Made by a program: the position numbers and the translations under genes
The notes under the pieces: generated by a model
The model's input: only the letters and a program-made list of their open reading frames with translations
Database searches by the model: none
What the model was told of the DNA's origin: nothing
Assembly (NCBI GenBank): GCA_964035545.1
Contig: OZ037771.1
Location: forward strand, 11,536,480-11,600,479
DNA length: 64,000 bases
Reading direction: 5' to 3'
DNA from: Bugula neritina
Lineage: Eukaryota; Animalia; Bryozoa
In this document: positions 1 to 13,877 of the stretch, one piece after another
Numbering within the stretch: the first letter of the stretch is position 1
How the letters are laid out: every line of letters begins with the position of its first letter

Positions 1-114
1 TAGCTAAATTAAACCATCACCAAATAGAGGCTATAACAATCCTACCATTACTACTTCTATGCAGTTTTTATGACGTTTCACTACGACAATATGAATATCA
101 CATTTTATTCCTAG

Positions 115-3100
115 ATAAAAGCATGACCATAGAAGCTGCTGAATTCAATTATGTTTTCAAGAGCATCATTTATGAATTGAGTATTGCCAAAGCTGTGGGA
201 ACTAAACTGGATGTGCTGTTTGCTGCTGCTGACACAGATGGCAGCAACTCTCTCAATGCAGTAGAATTCTCATCTTTACTGGCACCTGCTAACACTGATG
301 GTAGGTGCTCCGTGACATGATTCAAACAATAAGGGCATTCCCTCATACCTCCCAACCATTTGCTTGTTGAACTAGTAGGATTCTGAGCTATTACATAAAA
401 TATTATTTGCAAAAGTTGTTCTGATGATAGCAGTATGCAGGTGTGGAAAAAGTCTGAAAATTGATAAACAGGTTCTTGGGCAAAACACTATTTTAGCTCT
501 AGTAACATTTGGGTTGTACACACAGCTTGTTGTGTTCATAGTTTGTGCATGAGTTCTCCTTGGTCAGTGTAATGATAGCTATTACTTTCCTATTTTTTAT
601 TGGTCAATTTCATAATGGTTACCACTTCTATTAGTACAGCTAGTACAGCCAAATTAACAACCATTACTGTTTCATTAGTACTACTAGTATTGTCACGTTG
701 ATAACAGTTACTATAACTTTCTTGTCTGGATTTAGGAGATGATGTGACTAGTTTCAATGAATTCAAAGTTTATTGGATGGCAAACACAGATGAGCCAGAG
801 AATAGGACCAGAGCTCTCTTCAATCAGTTCGACTTCAACAAGGACGGTTTTATTGGTGGAGCTCAGGAAGAGGCTTTATTATTCCAAGCATTTGATAATT
901 CTAAAAGTAAATAAGTTTCATATATTCTCTGCTACTAGTATATGCAAGGTGCTGCCTGTGTGTGGTTTCTCTTTATTTATATTTCTTGTAGGAATACTAA
1001 ATCGAAGAGCAAATTAACTAGATTGCATCATCTTGAGTCTAATCATTGCATAGTTACTTACCTATGTTTACTATAAAATAGGTTAGGCTTACCAGGTTTC
1101 AATCGTCCCATTTTGGAGCTGCCCATTTTTAAGTGTGTATTTTTGAAATAACATTTTTGAAAAAAGTCGAAGTTCTCCTCATTCTGATCGTCACATGATT
1201 GCTCCTGTTTCAATGTCTTCTAATAATTGTTTAGTAGTCAGAATGTAGCAATCTTTTCATGCTCTACTTGTTGCTTCATTTTAGTTGACGGAGAAGTAGA
1301 AAAATCCGAGTTTAATTTCGCCATGCTTTATGTAAGTATGATTTTGTTCAAACTATTTTATTTCATCAAGATTGTGCTTCCCAAACTGTTTTCAAGTTTT
1401 CTGCATTTTAAATCTCTTTCTTGAAGCAGAAATGCATGCCTTGTTCAAAATCTAGCCAAAGCAGAAAATTTTTACTTATTTTTGCTCATGCAATCTTTAT
1501 TCAAAGCTCGTATGAAGTTTGCCTACACTTTAAAAGAACAACTCGCACCTGAAGTTTTTCTGTTAGTTGCTAAAATTTTTAAACAAGCCTAGAAACTTTT
1601 TCACTCACCAACACATATATTCTGCATTGACTGTATTAAGCAGAAAAGCATGCATAATGCTTGTTGGAATTGTTTCATAAACGTGGCTTGAAAACTTTTA
1701 AAACTTTTTATATACCTAATCAGAGAGCCAAACATCTTTTTGAAATTACCTTGCCATACGAGTATAAGCATTGGAGAAGCTAACTTTTAATATAAGGAAG
1801 CAACAGATCTTCATAAATGTTTGTTGCCTATGTTAAGAATTTTCTGCATTCCGAAATTTCAAAAGTATAAGCAAGTTTGCTGACAATGATTCACTAGAAT
1901 ATGGCCGAATCATATACTTGCAGTTTCTTCACAAAGTGATGGATAGTCTGAACAGTTCCCCTTTGGAAGGCCTAAGTGCTACCTTCAATGCTATTGATGT
2001 CAATGCTGACGGCCATCTTGATGTGGCAGAGCTCAAGGCTGCCTACCTGATTGGAGATAAAGATGGTGAGCTAATTTGTCCAATCATTTCATTCGTATTT
2101 ACATAAACAGCCAATCAGCTTTGAGATATTGATAACTGTCCTATTTCTGATTGTGTATAGTCATATTGCCTCTATATTACTGCAATGCTGCTTCTATAGG
2201 CCTAGTACATAAATATGTTCTTAATTATTTTGAGTTTATCGTTTACGATGTCTAGCTGTAACAATTAAAAGTTGCGTCATTTCAAAAAAAGCACTCATGC
2301 GCCCTGCTGACATCGAAAGATGCAGCACTGTGTTACCTGGTGCTAATTTTTGATATCAATTTACCTAGTTGATGCAATTTAATTTCAAGTCAACAGTTTG
2401 TAGACCGATATTTTAGTAATATCTTAGTAATAGACATATAGATGATGCCACTTATAGATTTAGAGGAGTTATGCTCTCACACCGTGACTGCCAATAACCC
2501 AACTTACTGTCAGAATTTATTTAGTAATACCCATCATTTTTTAAGCATGCTTTTCAAAATTATGTTTAGTTGTGTGCACTTGGTCAATGTTTTTACAACT
2601 TTTTAGCAAGCGGTAACGTTGACTTGGCAGAATTCAGCAAGCAGCTTGAGCGTTTAGCCCTCTCAGACAAAGGATTATTGTTCCTCTTCTTCAACCTTGA
2701 TAAGAATGACGATGAAGTTATGGATGAAACAGATATAGCTAAAGAATTTGAAAAGTTTGACAAAAACAGTAAGTAAAAGAAAATTAATAAAATAGATAAC
2801 AAAAAATGTATCATCGACTTCTAAGCTAACAATTAAGACTGTTACAAATTCACATTCACCGTTCATAAACTTTTGTAAGCAATAAATATTTCACTTGAAA
2901 GTGGGGAGGCTTTTTTAAGTTCATACGTTTAAGGAGCATGTAATTTGCAAATAATATAATGTCAACATTACTACATAATTTAGGAAAACCAAGTTAACAA
3001 AGAGAGTTGTATTTTCAGTAGTTAGGAATCAACTGTATATTATTGAAGGATTCTGGTTTTATGGTGAATTCATTCATCTCCTACAGCTTAGAAACTGAGC

Positions 3101-6100
3101 GGCTGTGAATTTACATTATTTTGTTATAATGCTGTTAAACTGCTATAAAAGTAGATAAACTGCTACTAATTGTTTATTAAATATATCATTACATTACAGT
3201 AGTTTTATGCTTCATAGTGTTCCAGTCACATGACTTGGTGTAGAGTCTTGTCTTAGCAGGATCCAGGGTGTTTGAGTTACTTCATGATGTAATCACTTTG
3301 TGTTACAGTGGATATGATGTAATCACTTTGTGTTACAGTGGATATGATGTAATCACTTTGTGTTGCAGTAAATATGATGTAATCACTTTGTCTTACAGTG
3401 GATGGAATGATCACATTTGATGAATACGAGACAACCGAAAGAGAATATGGTGTCATCATCAAAGAAGTTAATGATACTGTGGAAAGGCTGGTCAAGAAGA
3501 TAGATGAAATAGATGCTGATGGAGATGGAAAACTGTCTTTTGCTGATGCCTACAAAGTGGTAGGAGCAGCTGACCTGGCAAGTACGTACCATAACCTAAT
3601 ATTCTGGTTTATTAATCACCAGTTTACAGTTCAGTTTATAGTTATGTCTAGTTGTTTTTGTGATATAACGCATTATAATATTTTAATTTATATTCTATAT
3701 TATAGTATACTATTTAGACTATAGTCTATTATATATATCATGTCATTTTAATTTATAACATAAGTTTGAATTAAAATAAAGTTACTGATAATGTACGCTC
3801 GCTTAGTTTATCTAATTTGTTAACTAGAATTTGTAGTAGTTTTTAAATTCATATTATTTCAATACGTAGCTCTAATAAGAATTTTATCGAAAATTGTATC
3901 TAACTTTAACTTTTAAATAAACTAGTAATTCTTTCAATTATCAGATGATGGTATAGACCTCGCGGAATTTCAAGCATTCTATCAGTCAACCCTTGGAGCT
4001 ACTGCCAATGAAAGTGCTAATTTCTTCTATTATTACGACACTGACAAGAATGGGAAGATAGAAGGAGATGCCGAGGTTAACAACATCTTCTCTTCATTTG
4101 ATATCAACAGTAAGTTGAGATAAAGATTTTTCGTACTGTTCGTCTTGATGCAACACATAATTTATATAAAAGTTTTATGTGGAATAGCTATATTATGTCA
4201 TAGCAATGTCGCATATGCAAGAGAATGCAATTTTCTACTTTTCATTACTTTCTGCTGCTCTTGCAAAAACATAAGCTGCTTCAGCTACACAATTTCATAG
4301 ATTTTAGTTTAATTATTACTAGATTTTGTGTATCTTATCAACATGTTAACAAATTGTTGGAGCTTTTAATAATTAGACTTTATAAATAACGTGTTTTAGC
4401 TGAACTTGCAAAAAGGCTATGTAATTCATGAGTGTATAATTTATTCTTCAGTTTGTGATTTCTGCTGTTTCCTTTGCTAACAATCTTTGATTATAACTTT
4501 TAGAGGACGGAGTTTTGTCAAAAGATGAGTATATCAACGCTTTAGTTTACGTAAGTATCCTAGCAACTAGTAAACATTACCTTGCAATGATTTCTTAGTT
4601 ATTCTAATTCACATGTCACTCAATTGAGTCTAGAGCTCATGTGCAGGTTTGTATGTTACACAGCAAGCTGCATACATTCTGAAGAACAGACCTGTTCCAG
4701 TCGCTGCCACCAACTCACTGGGTCTCTCCATAGAGGCAGCATTCAAAGCCGCAGACAACAACAGCGATGGTGTCATCACCAAAGATGAGTTTGCTCCTGC
4801 AGGTAATAAATATCAGTTCCCGCAGGTAAAAATATACTTCTTTTATGTGAACCTTTACTTTATACTGTTGCCACGCCTCTTTAGTTCAGGGTGAGTTTTC
4901 AGTTAGATAGCAAGTCACATGGTTTATCAATCTCTCATAAACCGGTGTGTGGTTTATTTTTTTAATATTGTAATATTGCATCTCCGTTCTTTTATTTAAA
5001 GCTTTTCTACATCCTTAATATATTGGATCTTACGGAGAACAAAATAGGATGAATTTTTGTTTATGGAACACCACCTGGTTGAATATCTATCAAAGTTGAA
5101 CTGAAATATACATATTTTCTTTTTATGAGCTAAATGAAAATTTTAAAGAAATTTTACAAATGCTTGTTACAGAGTTTATTGTTAATTAATTCTTTGGAAG
5201 AACAAAACAGCCACAAATATTCCTTCTGATGCATGCTGAGTGTTGCTAATTGATACTTCCTTCTTTTTAAAGGGGCAGGTAGATAGTCTTATGATTAAAA
5301 TAGGATAAAAGAGTATTATATTCTGAGACATTTCAACTGTCCACTGGTAAAGTTTCTCTTGGCAAAGTTTTTTATTTGCAAACCTTCGTTTCTTTATCAG
5401 GAGAAATCAGCATCACTGAGTTTGTCGCCGCCTACATGGCCGCCGGACTTAACAGAACACAATCTCTTTACATCTTCTTCCGTGTTGATGACAACGAAGA
5501 TCAGAAGGTTTCTCAAACTGAATTAGAAGACACTTTTGACAGTATTGATGGTGATGGTTAGTACCTTACTATTATCTGTATGTTGTTTTGATACTGAAAG
5601 AATTTTTTTTGGCAGTGAAATCAGGTGGTTTGACACTGAAAGCTGGTAGTAGTAGCTACTCCACCCACATTGATAGCTGATAGTTTGACACTGAAAAAAA
5701 GTGATTTGACACTAAAAGCAGGTGCTTTTTACACGCATAAAGAAACTTTTCTACGTTTATAAATAGCATTAATAATAAATTTTTATAGTTTGCAGGAATT
5801 AAAGTGGGGATCCGATTTTAATAGTAGCTCTTTATTTGTTTAATTTGTTTTTTCAAATTTTCTGCTAAAAGGCAATATAAGATTCATTTGATTAGAAAAA
5901 GTAATTTTTAAATTAGAAAGTGCTTGTTAAATGACATTGCAGAAGATTAAATGGTTTTGAGGCATTATTGTAAACTAGATGAGATGAAATGAAAAACTTT
6001 GAATTCAACTTTTTCTGTTCTTGTGGAAAGTTGAGCAATAAATATTTTTGCAATAAAAATATAATATAAGCTTTACTTTTTGCTAAAGCTTTGTGTATTT

Positions 6101-8769
6101 TGTTTTTAAATTTTTTCGCATCTATCTGTAATTTTTCTTTGTACGGCTGGGAGACGTCTCCTTGTACAATGCAATATTTTTTTTATTAGTTAAATTATAG
6201 CATTTTTATTTCATAAGATAGAATTGTTCCTGTTATGAACCTACATTTTCTTTTTATCACTTATTGAAGTTATCCTCTTTAATTGTTTAAAATGTTACAG
6301 ATGATGGAAAACTCACTCTTCCAGAATACGCATCCAGAGCCAACCAGACCTTTGCAGAGGTTGATGAGGCGGTAAAAATATACCCCAGAATAGCTGCCTT
6401 GTTCATGAGAGCAGATGCTGACAGTGATGGTAACCTCACACGCACAGAGATGAGATCTCTCTTGTCTGGTGCTGACCAGGATAGTAAGTAGTATTTACCA
6501 TGTCTCAGCTACAGCTAGGATATATTCACCATGTCTTAGCTATAGCTAGGATATATTTACCATGTCTCAGCTACAGCTAGGTTATATTTACCATGTCTCA
6601 GCTACAGCTAAGATATATTTACCATGTCTCAGCTACAGCTAGGATATATTATAAACGTAGGGTTTTAACTCAAGTCTGTATGAATCTGGTACTAATACTT
6701 GCCGAGTCTATAAACCTCTAGAAAATCTGTATGGAAGTGTATTGTCTGTCCTCAGATGATGGGCTAGCAAGTGAAGCTGAGTTCAAAGAATTCTGGAGAA
6801 ACAATACAGGGGAACCTGAAAGCCGCACCGACCTTCTGTTTGCGTACATAGATCTGGATAGTGATGGCTATTTTGGAAATGACCTTGAACCAGCCAGCCT
6901 CTTTGATGGGTTTGATTATAATGGTGAGAGTTCCATGGTGTTAGATACATGTTATAATCAAACTGTTTATTGAATAGTACTAGAAGACTCTAAAGTTAAC
7001 TTCACTATTGTTTATTTGTTGCTACTATTAGTAAAACTGTCCCAGCTCTACTGTTACTATTAGTATAACTGTCCCAGCTCTACTGTTACTATTAGTATAA
7101 CTGTCCCAGCTCTACTGCTACTATTAGTATAACTGTCCCAGCTCTACTGCTACTATTAGTATAACTGTCCCAGCTCTACTGTTACTATTAGTATAACTGT
7201 CCCAGCTCTACTGTTACTATTAGTATAACTGTCCCAGCTCTACTGCTACTATTAGTATAACTGTCCCAGCTCTACTGTTACTATTAGTATAACTGTCCCA
7301 GCTCTACTGCTACTATTAGTAAAACTGTCCCAGCTCTACTGTTACTATTAGTATAACTGTCCCAGCTCTACTGTTACTATTAGTATAACTGTCCCAGCTC
7401 TACTGTTACTATTAGTATAACTGTCCCAGCTCTACTGCTACTATTAGTAAAACTGTCCCAGCTCTACTGTTACTATTAGTATAACTGTCCCAGCTCTACT
7501 GTTAATATTAGTATAACTGTCCCAGCTCTACTGCTACTATTAGTATAACTGTCCCAGCCCTACTATAGACTGAGTTCTTTTATTTTAGATAATGATTTGG
7601 TATCCTCTGAGGAATTTGGTGATAGCATGCTCTTTGTAAGTTGTTAAATTACGTTTGGAAGCAAATCTTAATAATATTTTGAATTTTAGAATTATGTTGT
7701 TTATGCAAATTGGTACTACATACAAGTTATGTATTGTTTGCATGTCATGATACTGGTTGATAGTTATAAATAGTTTTACAATAGTTTGTGCTTTAAAATG
7801 TTTAACTGTCTAAAGTTGCGTTTATACCTCTGCTGAAAAAAGTACCGAGTTTAAGTTAATAATGCTTGTCCGGGTACCCCTTTATAGTCAAGCTGAAACT
7901 CGTTGAAATCATATTGATGCGGTTGCTCACTTTCTGAAATTGAAATTTGACTCGCATAATAGCTATTTGATGCCCTTTGTAAACGTCGTGAATTAGTGAA
8001 GCGGAAAGCATAAAAGCGATAATTGAGAAGGCGTAGGCTATATAATTATAACCGTATAAGTACGTTGTCTAATCGCCAAAGTAACAACTAAATAATGATG
8101 TTTACAAGGAGTTATTACTCCTATTCTAAAATTGGCCGATTAAGTTATCACAGTACAAAAATTTCAACGAGTGGCTTTTACAATGCAATGCAACTCGGAG
8201 AAATTTCAACCCGGCCAAATTGAATTTTTGACCGAAAATCGTGAAGGTATAAACGCAACTTAAGTCTACCAGACACTTCAAAGATGTTATATTTAGCTGC
8301 TCAGAAAAAGTTTTATCAACTACATGTATATTATAGAACATATCATATAAGTAATCGTTTTTGGTTGCTAGACTGAACTATAAAAATAATTCAATTAATG
8401 GAACTTTCACAGTTATGCTAACCATAGCGGCTATACATGTATATTGCATATCATCAATAGAGTTGCTCCACATTGTAGGTTATATTGATATAGTATGTTT
8501 TACATGTAGATGTCTTCCTAACCGTTATATTATAGTTTATTTATATATAATACCATTTTCTATACTCTATTCTATACTAATATAACAGTTCTATTCTAAA
8601 TTAATATATCAGTTATATTATATACTAATATACCAGTTCTATTCTATACTAATATATCAGTTATATTCTATACTAATACGATCTATTTTACTTACAGTTG
8701 TATGCCAGAGCCACTCGAGATCTTGAGATGATAAATAACACAGGAGAAATTATCGGATCTTTCTTCTAA
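115..8769 (+). CDS. Multi-EF-hand calcium-binding protein, 3' part (5' end outside window); ~621 aa and ~21 EF-hand-like loops in window
   Basis: 14 GT-AG exons splice into one frame: 115-300, 736-906, 1285-1331, 1924-2065, 2607-2768, 3399-3581, 3945-4109, 4504-4550, 4664-4802, 5401-5556, 6301-6483, 6756-6923, 7589-7635, 8698-8769 (TAA). Loops include DTDGSNSLNAVE, DVNADGHLDVAE, DADGDGKLSFAD, DNNSDGVITKDE and DADSDGNLTRTE. AATAAA at ~8818. Confidence 0.9.
3284..3403 (+). repeat. 30-bp tandem repeat x4 that includes the exon splice acceptor
   Basis: Unit ATGATGTAATCACTTTGTGTTACAGTGGAT; the AG falls at 3308, 3338, 3368 and 3398. Confidence 0.95.
6491..6648. repeat. 31-bp minisatellite x5
   Basis: Unit TATATTTACCATGTCTCAGCTACAGCTAGGA, directly after the donor at 6484. 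Confidence 0.95.
7021..7564. repeat. 32-bp minisatellite x~17
   Basis: Unit GYTACTATTAGTAWAACTGTCCCAGCTCTACT; ends ~24 bp before the acceptor at 7588. Confidence 0.97.
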
Positions 8770-10229
8770 AAACTGTGTTTATTATTTGTCAAAATGATAT
8801 TAACTTTTCTCTTTTAAAATAAATAAAATAAGTTAAATCAGCATACAATATGTTGCCCTAGTATTACAATATTATTCTATGTTACAACATTCATTACAAT
8901 GTTTCCCGGATTTACTGCATATCAAATTTATGATTATTGTTCTAAAATCTAATAATATCATTTCTGTGGCAATCTTAATTTTCTTTGTTAGGAGTTGTCA
9001 TTTCACCAAACTTTTTAGCCCGACCACAGTTTTCAGAATATCTCTAGTATTTGAATAGGAGGTTTAATAACTGCTCTGTGGAGAGGAAAAGTGTAAAAGG
9101 TTGTTAGTAGGTTTGAATCGGTGGCTGCATTCAGAATAATGTTACCCTGCAGCTCCATGTCTAGTTATGTGTTTGAAACTTGCATAGCTTGCATAATAGC
9201 CCTAAATATAATATGGCTGCATCATTCAATAGCAATAACTTATAAAATTCCAAGAGTTATATGGTACATAGTTTTGAAAAGGTTCTTTAAGTCTTCAAAT
9301 TATTTAAGCTAAACACCTGGTCTAGATATCTATGTTAAGTGTAATCTGTAGTTGGTGATAAAGAAAGGAAAACTGCATTGTTAGTGGATTATTGGAGAGA
9401 TTGGCAGGTTTACAAAACTTTGAATAGCTTTGATCTTGATGACTTCTAAATGGCGGCTATATTTATTTTGTTGCGCAACTAGGTTTTTAACGCAGTAAAA
9501 TAATTTATTTTAATACTTTTAAAACACTTTTCTTGCAAATGTAAATATAATACTGGTTGTTTGAAGAGTCTGATAGTTTATACACAATTCACAAAAAATT
9601 GGTGCCAAGTGTCAGCTTAGACTAGTGTCTGACATCTAAACTGACAGCTTTGACAAGTGCTCTATATCCACAATTAAATCTATGTAGCTTTCAAAATTCT
9701 ATTAACTTTTTTTGCAAACAAACAAGATTATAAAAATATATATTTAAAAAATTAAACTGTTCAATTTGGTGATCACTAAAAATCATTCCTCCAAAAATAC
9801 AATGATCTACAAATATTCTTGGCTCATGCAAGAAGCTGTTTCTAAGATATAAAAAGAACTTGTTGAATGTAATCTAGTAAAAATGAAGACTTTAAACACA
9901 AAAGAAAAAGTGAATGCACTTTACAGCAAGTGAAGAATGCATACACTGCATACACTGCATCACTACATACTAAATGCAATTTACAGCATCAAGCTGGGAA
10001 AGATTTCAATTGTAAAAGTGTTATTGTAACATGCTTCCAATTTACACAGCTAATGAGTTAATATATTAAATTACCCGAATTCACCATCTTTAGCTTCTAC
10101 AATAGTTCTGGCCCAGACTACAAAATACCTCCTAAACAGGGGGCCATGACCCCCACCCGAATCAGAACAATAGCGCAGAAACCTGTACTCTGTGGGCCCA
10201 AAATATTGCTGCTGCCTCACACTAAAGTG

Positions 10230-10235
10230 TATAAA
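10230..10235 (+). promoter_or_regulatory. Probable TATA box of Cys-rich paralogue 1
   Basis: TATAAA starts 93 bp upstream of the ATG; paralogue 2 has TATAAA at the same distance. Confidence 0.6.
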
Positions 10236-10322
10236 TGAGTGAACTGGTTTGTTGGCCTGCCTGTTACCAACAGACTGTTGTACTGAAAGGTTCTCCATCT
10301 TCAGCCCTCCTCACAGCTCATC

Positions 10323-13005
10323 ATGAAGATAGCTATACTGTTGTGTTTGGCTGTAGCCATGGTTTCAGCCATAGACCTTAGAATGGTAAGTTGTGACGCG
10401 ATTCATACAGCTGATTCCTGAACTCATTTGCTGGAGAGTCTGAAAGTGTGAGACCAAGTTTTAAAGAGGAATAATTTCTACACGGAGCAAATATCTCACT
10501 TCTGCAGGGTGACGTGCAAAGTATTGTAACAGAAAGTTAAACACTTGCTAAATAATAAATTTTTAATAACTGTAGATGTAAGATTAAATAAAGATTATAG
10601 ATTAACTATAGGATTAGATAGATCAATAAATTCATAACCTATCAACTATAGACTATTCAGACTATATTAAATAAATCAATTATAGATCAATAGATCTATT
10701 TATATATTATTGGTTATAATATTACTAAATAATTCAATTTTAGATCAACAAAATAATTAAAAGTTATTTCTACTGCTTGATAATTAGTTCCTCTGCCACA
10801 CTGAGTCAAGTTATTCCTTTTCTATTTTTACTTTAGTGTCTGCGAGATTGCCGTATGGATGATCACTACTGCCGTTGGACAGGAGCCCCGGGACAAATGG
10901 GTAACCACTGCATGCAGAAGAACAACGAGTGTCAAGTTGGATGTATTGTAAGTTGCCATGGTAATCTCTCAACGATCTCTCTGATAAAACTGGTCTTTAG
11001 AAATTACAGTACCTGCAAAGAAAATATGTAAAATCTAAATAATTTGCATGCATTTCTTTAACAAATATAATAAATTGCTTGAACTAGTAATTTGGCTTAT
11101 AGTGTTTTATCATGATTAAAATATAAAAGTATTGAGTTGAACTTGAAAGAACTGAAAGTTAAGAGAGTGTAATAAGCCTAATGATTTGTTACATAGGCCA
11201 ATGATTTGTAAACAATTATTCGTTCCAGAACAAAATTTTCCACATTTTGTTTTATTTTAAATGCACCATTGCTTTAGTCCATCAGCTAATTTAATGCAGT
11301 TCACCAGCTAAGGGATTTCAGTCACACTTTCCGAACTTAAATTACAACATCTAATACATTTCTTGCACTCAGTTTTGTTCAACTTAGCTACACACAACGT
11401 GTGGAGATATGAATGTAAATCACAAGACTGATAATTCTTGTTTGTAGCAAATGTGCAAAAGTAACTGCGCGGAGAAATACACAACAGACAAGTGTGTGGA
11501 GGAGTGTCAGTATAGAGGGCAGATGATGGTCCAGATGGGCATGTCATTCCTTGGGAAAGTAAGCAAGTTTCTACAACATACAGATACACCGTTCTATAAT
11601 TCTTATGTTATGCTGCATTATTATGAATTATGAAGAGAGCTCATTGTATTATCTGTAGTATTATATGATTAACATTGTGTAGAGGTCATATGAGACGTTC
11701 AATATGTTAATATAATTTTTATAGAATCTTTACTCATAAGTCGAAAGTCAATTTATCAGGTCATATATTATATGTAAGAGTTTTATTGTACTCGATCTGA
11801 TTGTTCTATCACTTGTTTAAGACATACAGGTAAAGAGGTAGTTTATTGTGAGAGCTTAGAGTGAATACATGCAGTTGATACAGTAAAATCTAAATGGTAG
11901 ATGTGTCATACATATTAGAATTTCTGTGTTATATCAGCTGTAGCCCTTGACGGTTTAATGGAGTTCTGCCTAGCCAGTTCAAGCAATGTCTAGTAGTTCA
12001 CCTGCTTTACTAACAGTATTGTTTACCTGCCCTTCAGGAATGTATGGACAGATGCATGTATAGCGCTCAGAGGTGTAACCAGAAATGTGACGACGCTTTC
12101 TACAGGCTGTTCCTCAAAAACCCACTCATGGAGTACGTCTACCCTGAGATGGAGGCTGAGGACTGGACAGTCAGAAGTGGTAGGTTTTAGTATCTCTCAC
12201 TTGCCACCATGTTGCCTCCTCAGTTTAGTCCACTGTAATATATACTAATAATACTTAAGATTCAATATGTACATAAATATACTAGTAGTATAATATATAC
12301 AGTAAGCCTAGGGCCACACGATGCGTATTTTCGCATGCGAAAATTGAAACCACAAGTAGCAAAGGTGTCCACTGTAGCGTCAGTGATGCGTGAGAAATAA
12401 CGCTTTCATTTTTAAATCGCACTCGCTTTCAATAAAACGCAATTTACTGGAATTCAGCCCTAAAATAAATAAATTGGGCTTGCTTAATAACTACCAGCCA
12501 ATTAGATGACGACGACAGAGACGATTCGCACTTGCGTTGAAAATACAGAGCGACAAGTGCGAATGTTTTCTCAACGCGCACAGTGGACACCTTTGCTACT
12601 TGTGATTTCAATTTTCGCATGCGAAAATACACGCCGTGTGGCCCTAGGCTAAGTCCACTATAATATTATATACTTGTATTATAGTATGCAACAAGTAAAT
12701 GTACTCTGAAGTACTGTCCAATAAACTTTTCACTGTACAACCATAACAGGTTTAAATGAAACTTTTGTTGAAACGGTTTGCAAGTTTCCAAAAATATTTC
12801 CTGAAAACTCTATCTAAATTAATACAATATTGTGAACGTATGCTTACACAATGCGCCCAGTAACATCCAGGGTCTCACAGCTTGTCTGAATTCTATTGGA
12901 CCATCAAGTTTTTGTAAATTATTTTTATAACTGCTACTGTTGGATTTGTTTCTCATCTCAGGTCTCATGGATAACCCTAACTATGAGCCCGACAGACTTA
13001 AGTAA
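10323..13005 (+). CDS. Secreted cysteine/methionine-rich protein, paralogue 1 (156 aa)
   Basis: Exons 10323-10385, 10837-10947, 11448-11558, 12038-12179, 12962-13005. Signal peptide MKIAILLCLAVAMVSA. Mature part IDLRMCLRDCRMDDHYC...CMQKNNECQVGCIQMCKSNC...CVEEC...CMDRCMYSAQRCNQKC...GLMDNPNYEPDRLK*. Exon sizes are identical to paralogue 2. Confidence 0.92.
12306..12649. mobile_element. PIF/Harbinger-type MITE in intron 4 of paralogue 1
   Basis: ~68-bp TIRs (GCCTAGGGCCACACG...CGTGTGGCCCTAGGC), TAA on both sides (12303-12305, 12650-12652), no coding capacity. Confidence 0.88.
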
Positions 13006-13784
13006 GACTCAGCATGATGCAATGGAAGGCGGCAAAAGTTGCTACAAAACGATGACTGGTCTATTTAGCATATATACTAAATATTTAAAATATAGAAATA
13101 ATAATTTCTAGCTTTCACGTGTAAAAAATTGATTTAATATTTATGACCATATGTTAAAATATTTTCAAATATCTTCAAAATGATTTGAAACATCTTTTTT
13201 ATAAAATGTATGATTTTTTTTACAAGTTGCATTTCTATATAAATATATGCAATCATACTCAGTATTAATGAGCATTTCTTTCTCACATAACATACTATTT
13301 ATTTATATAAACAGATAATAGACAACATAATAAAAAAATGCATCACTTACAATAGATGATGTAATAAAGAATTATATAATGAATTTATAATAGATGACAA
13401 AGAATGTATATATTAGTTCTGACAATAGCAAGATTAAGTATAATTCATCAAGTTAATAAAAATGTTTAATTCATAAAACAGTTTTACCTGCAATGTATAG
13501 GCCACAATGGAATTTTACCTGCAGTATATAACAATAGGTAATTACAAGACACATACAAACCTATAAAAACTACAGAGCAGCAATAATGTTCGTTTAAAAA
13601 GTCCATGCTTTGTTAATAAAACAACTTCTAAAAGGTTATATGGACAGTGATTGTTTTAATTAATTCAGCAAGCACCAATTTTTATGCACGACACATGTTA
13701 TATAAAACGTGATTTGCAGGGTGGAATCAATACTGCCCTAACTTCTAAATGACTAGATAACAGAAATAAAGCTAAATAAAACTA

Positions 13785-13790
13785 TATAAA
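13785..13790 (+). promoter_or_regulatory. Probable TATA box of Cys-rich paralogue 2
   Basis: TATAAA starts 93 bp upstream of ATG 13878, the same position as in paralogue 1. Confidence 0.6.
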
Positions 13791-13877
13791 TTGAAGAGCT
13801 TGACTATGCTGGCTGCCTGTTGCAGTGAATCCTTACTCGGACCTCTTCTACATCTCAACTTCTCCACAGCAGTAACC

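Noticed and set aside
7021-7564. 32-bp periodic array resembling a CRISPR array
   Set aside because: The units are head-to-tail with no unique spacers, there are no cas genes, and it lies in a eukaryotic intron.
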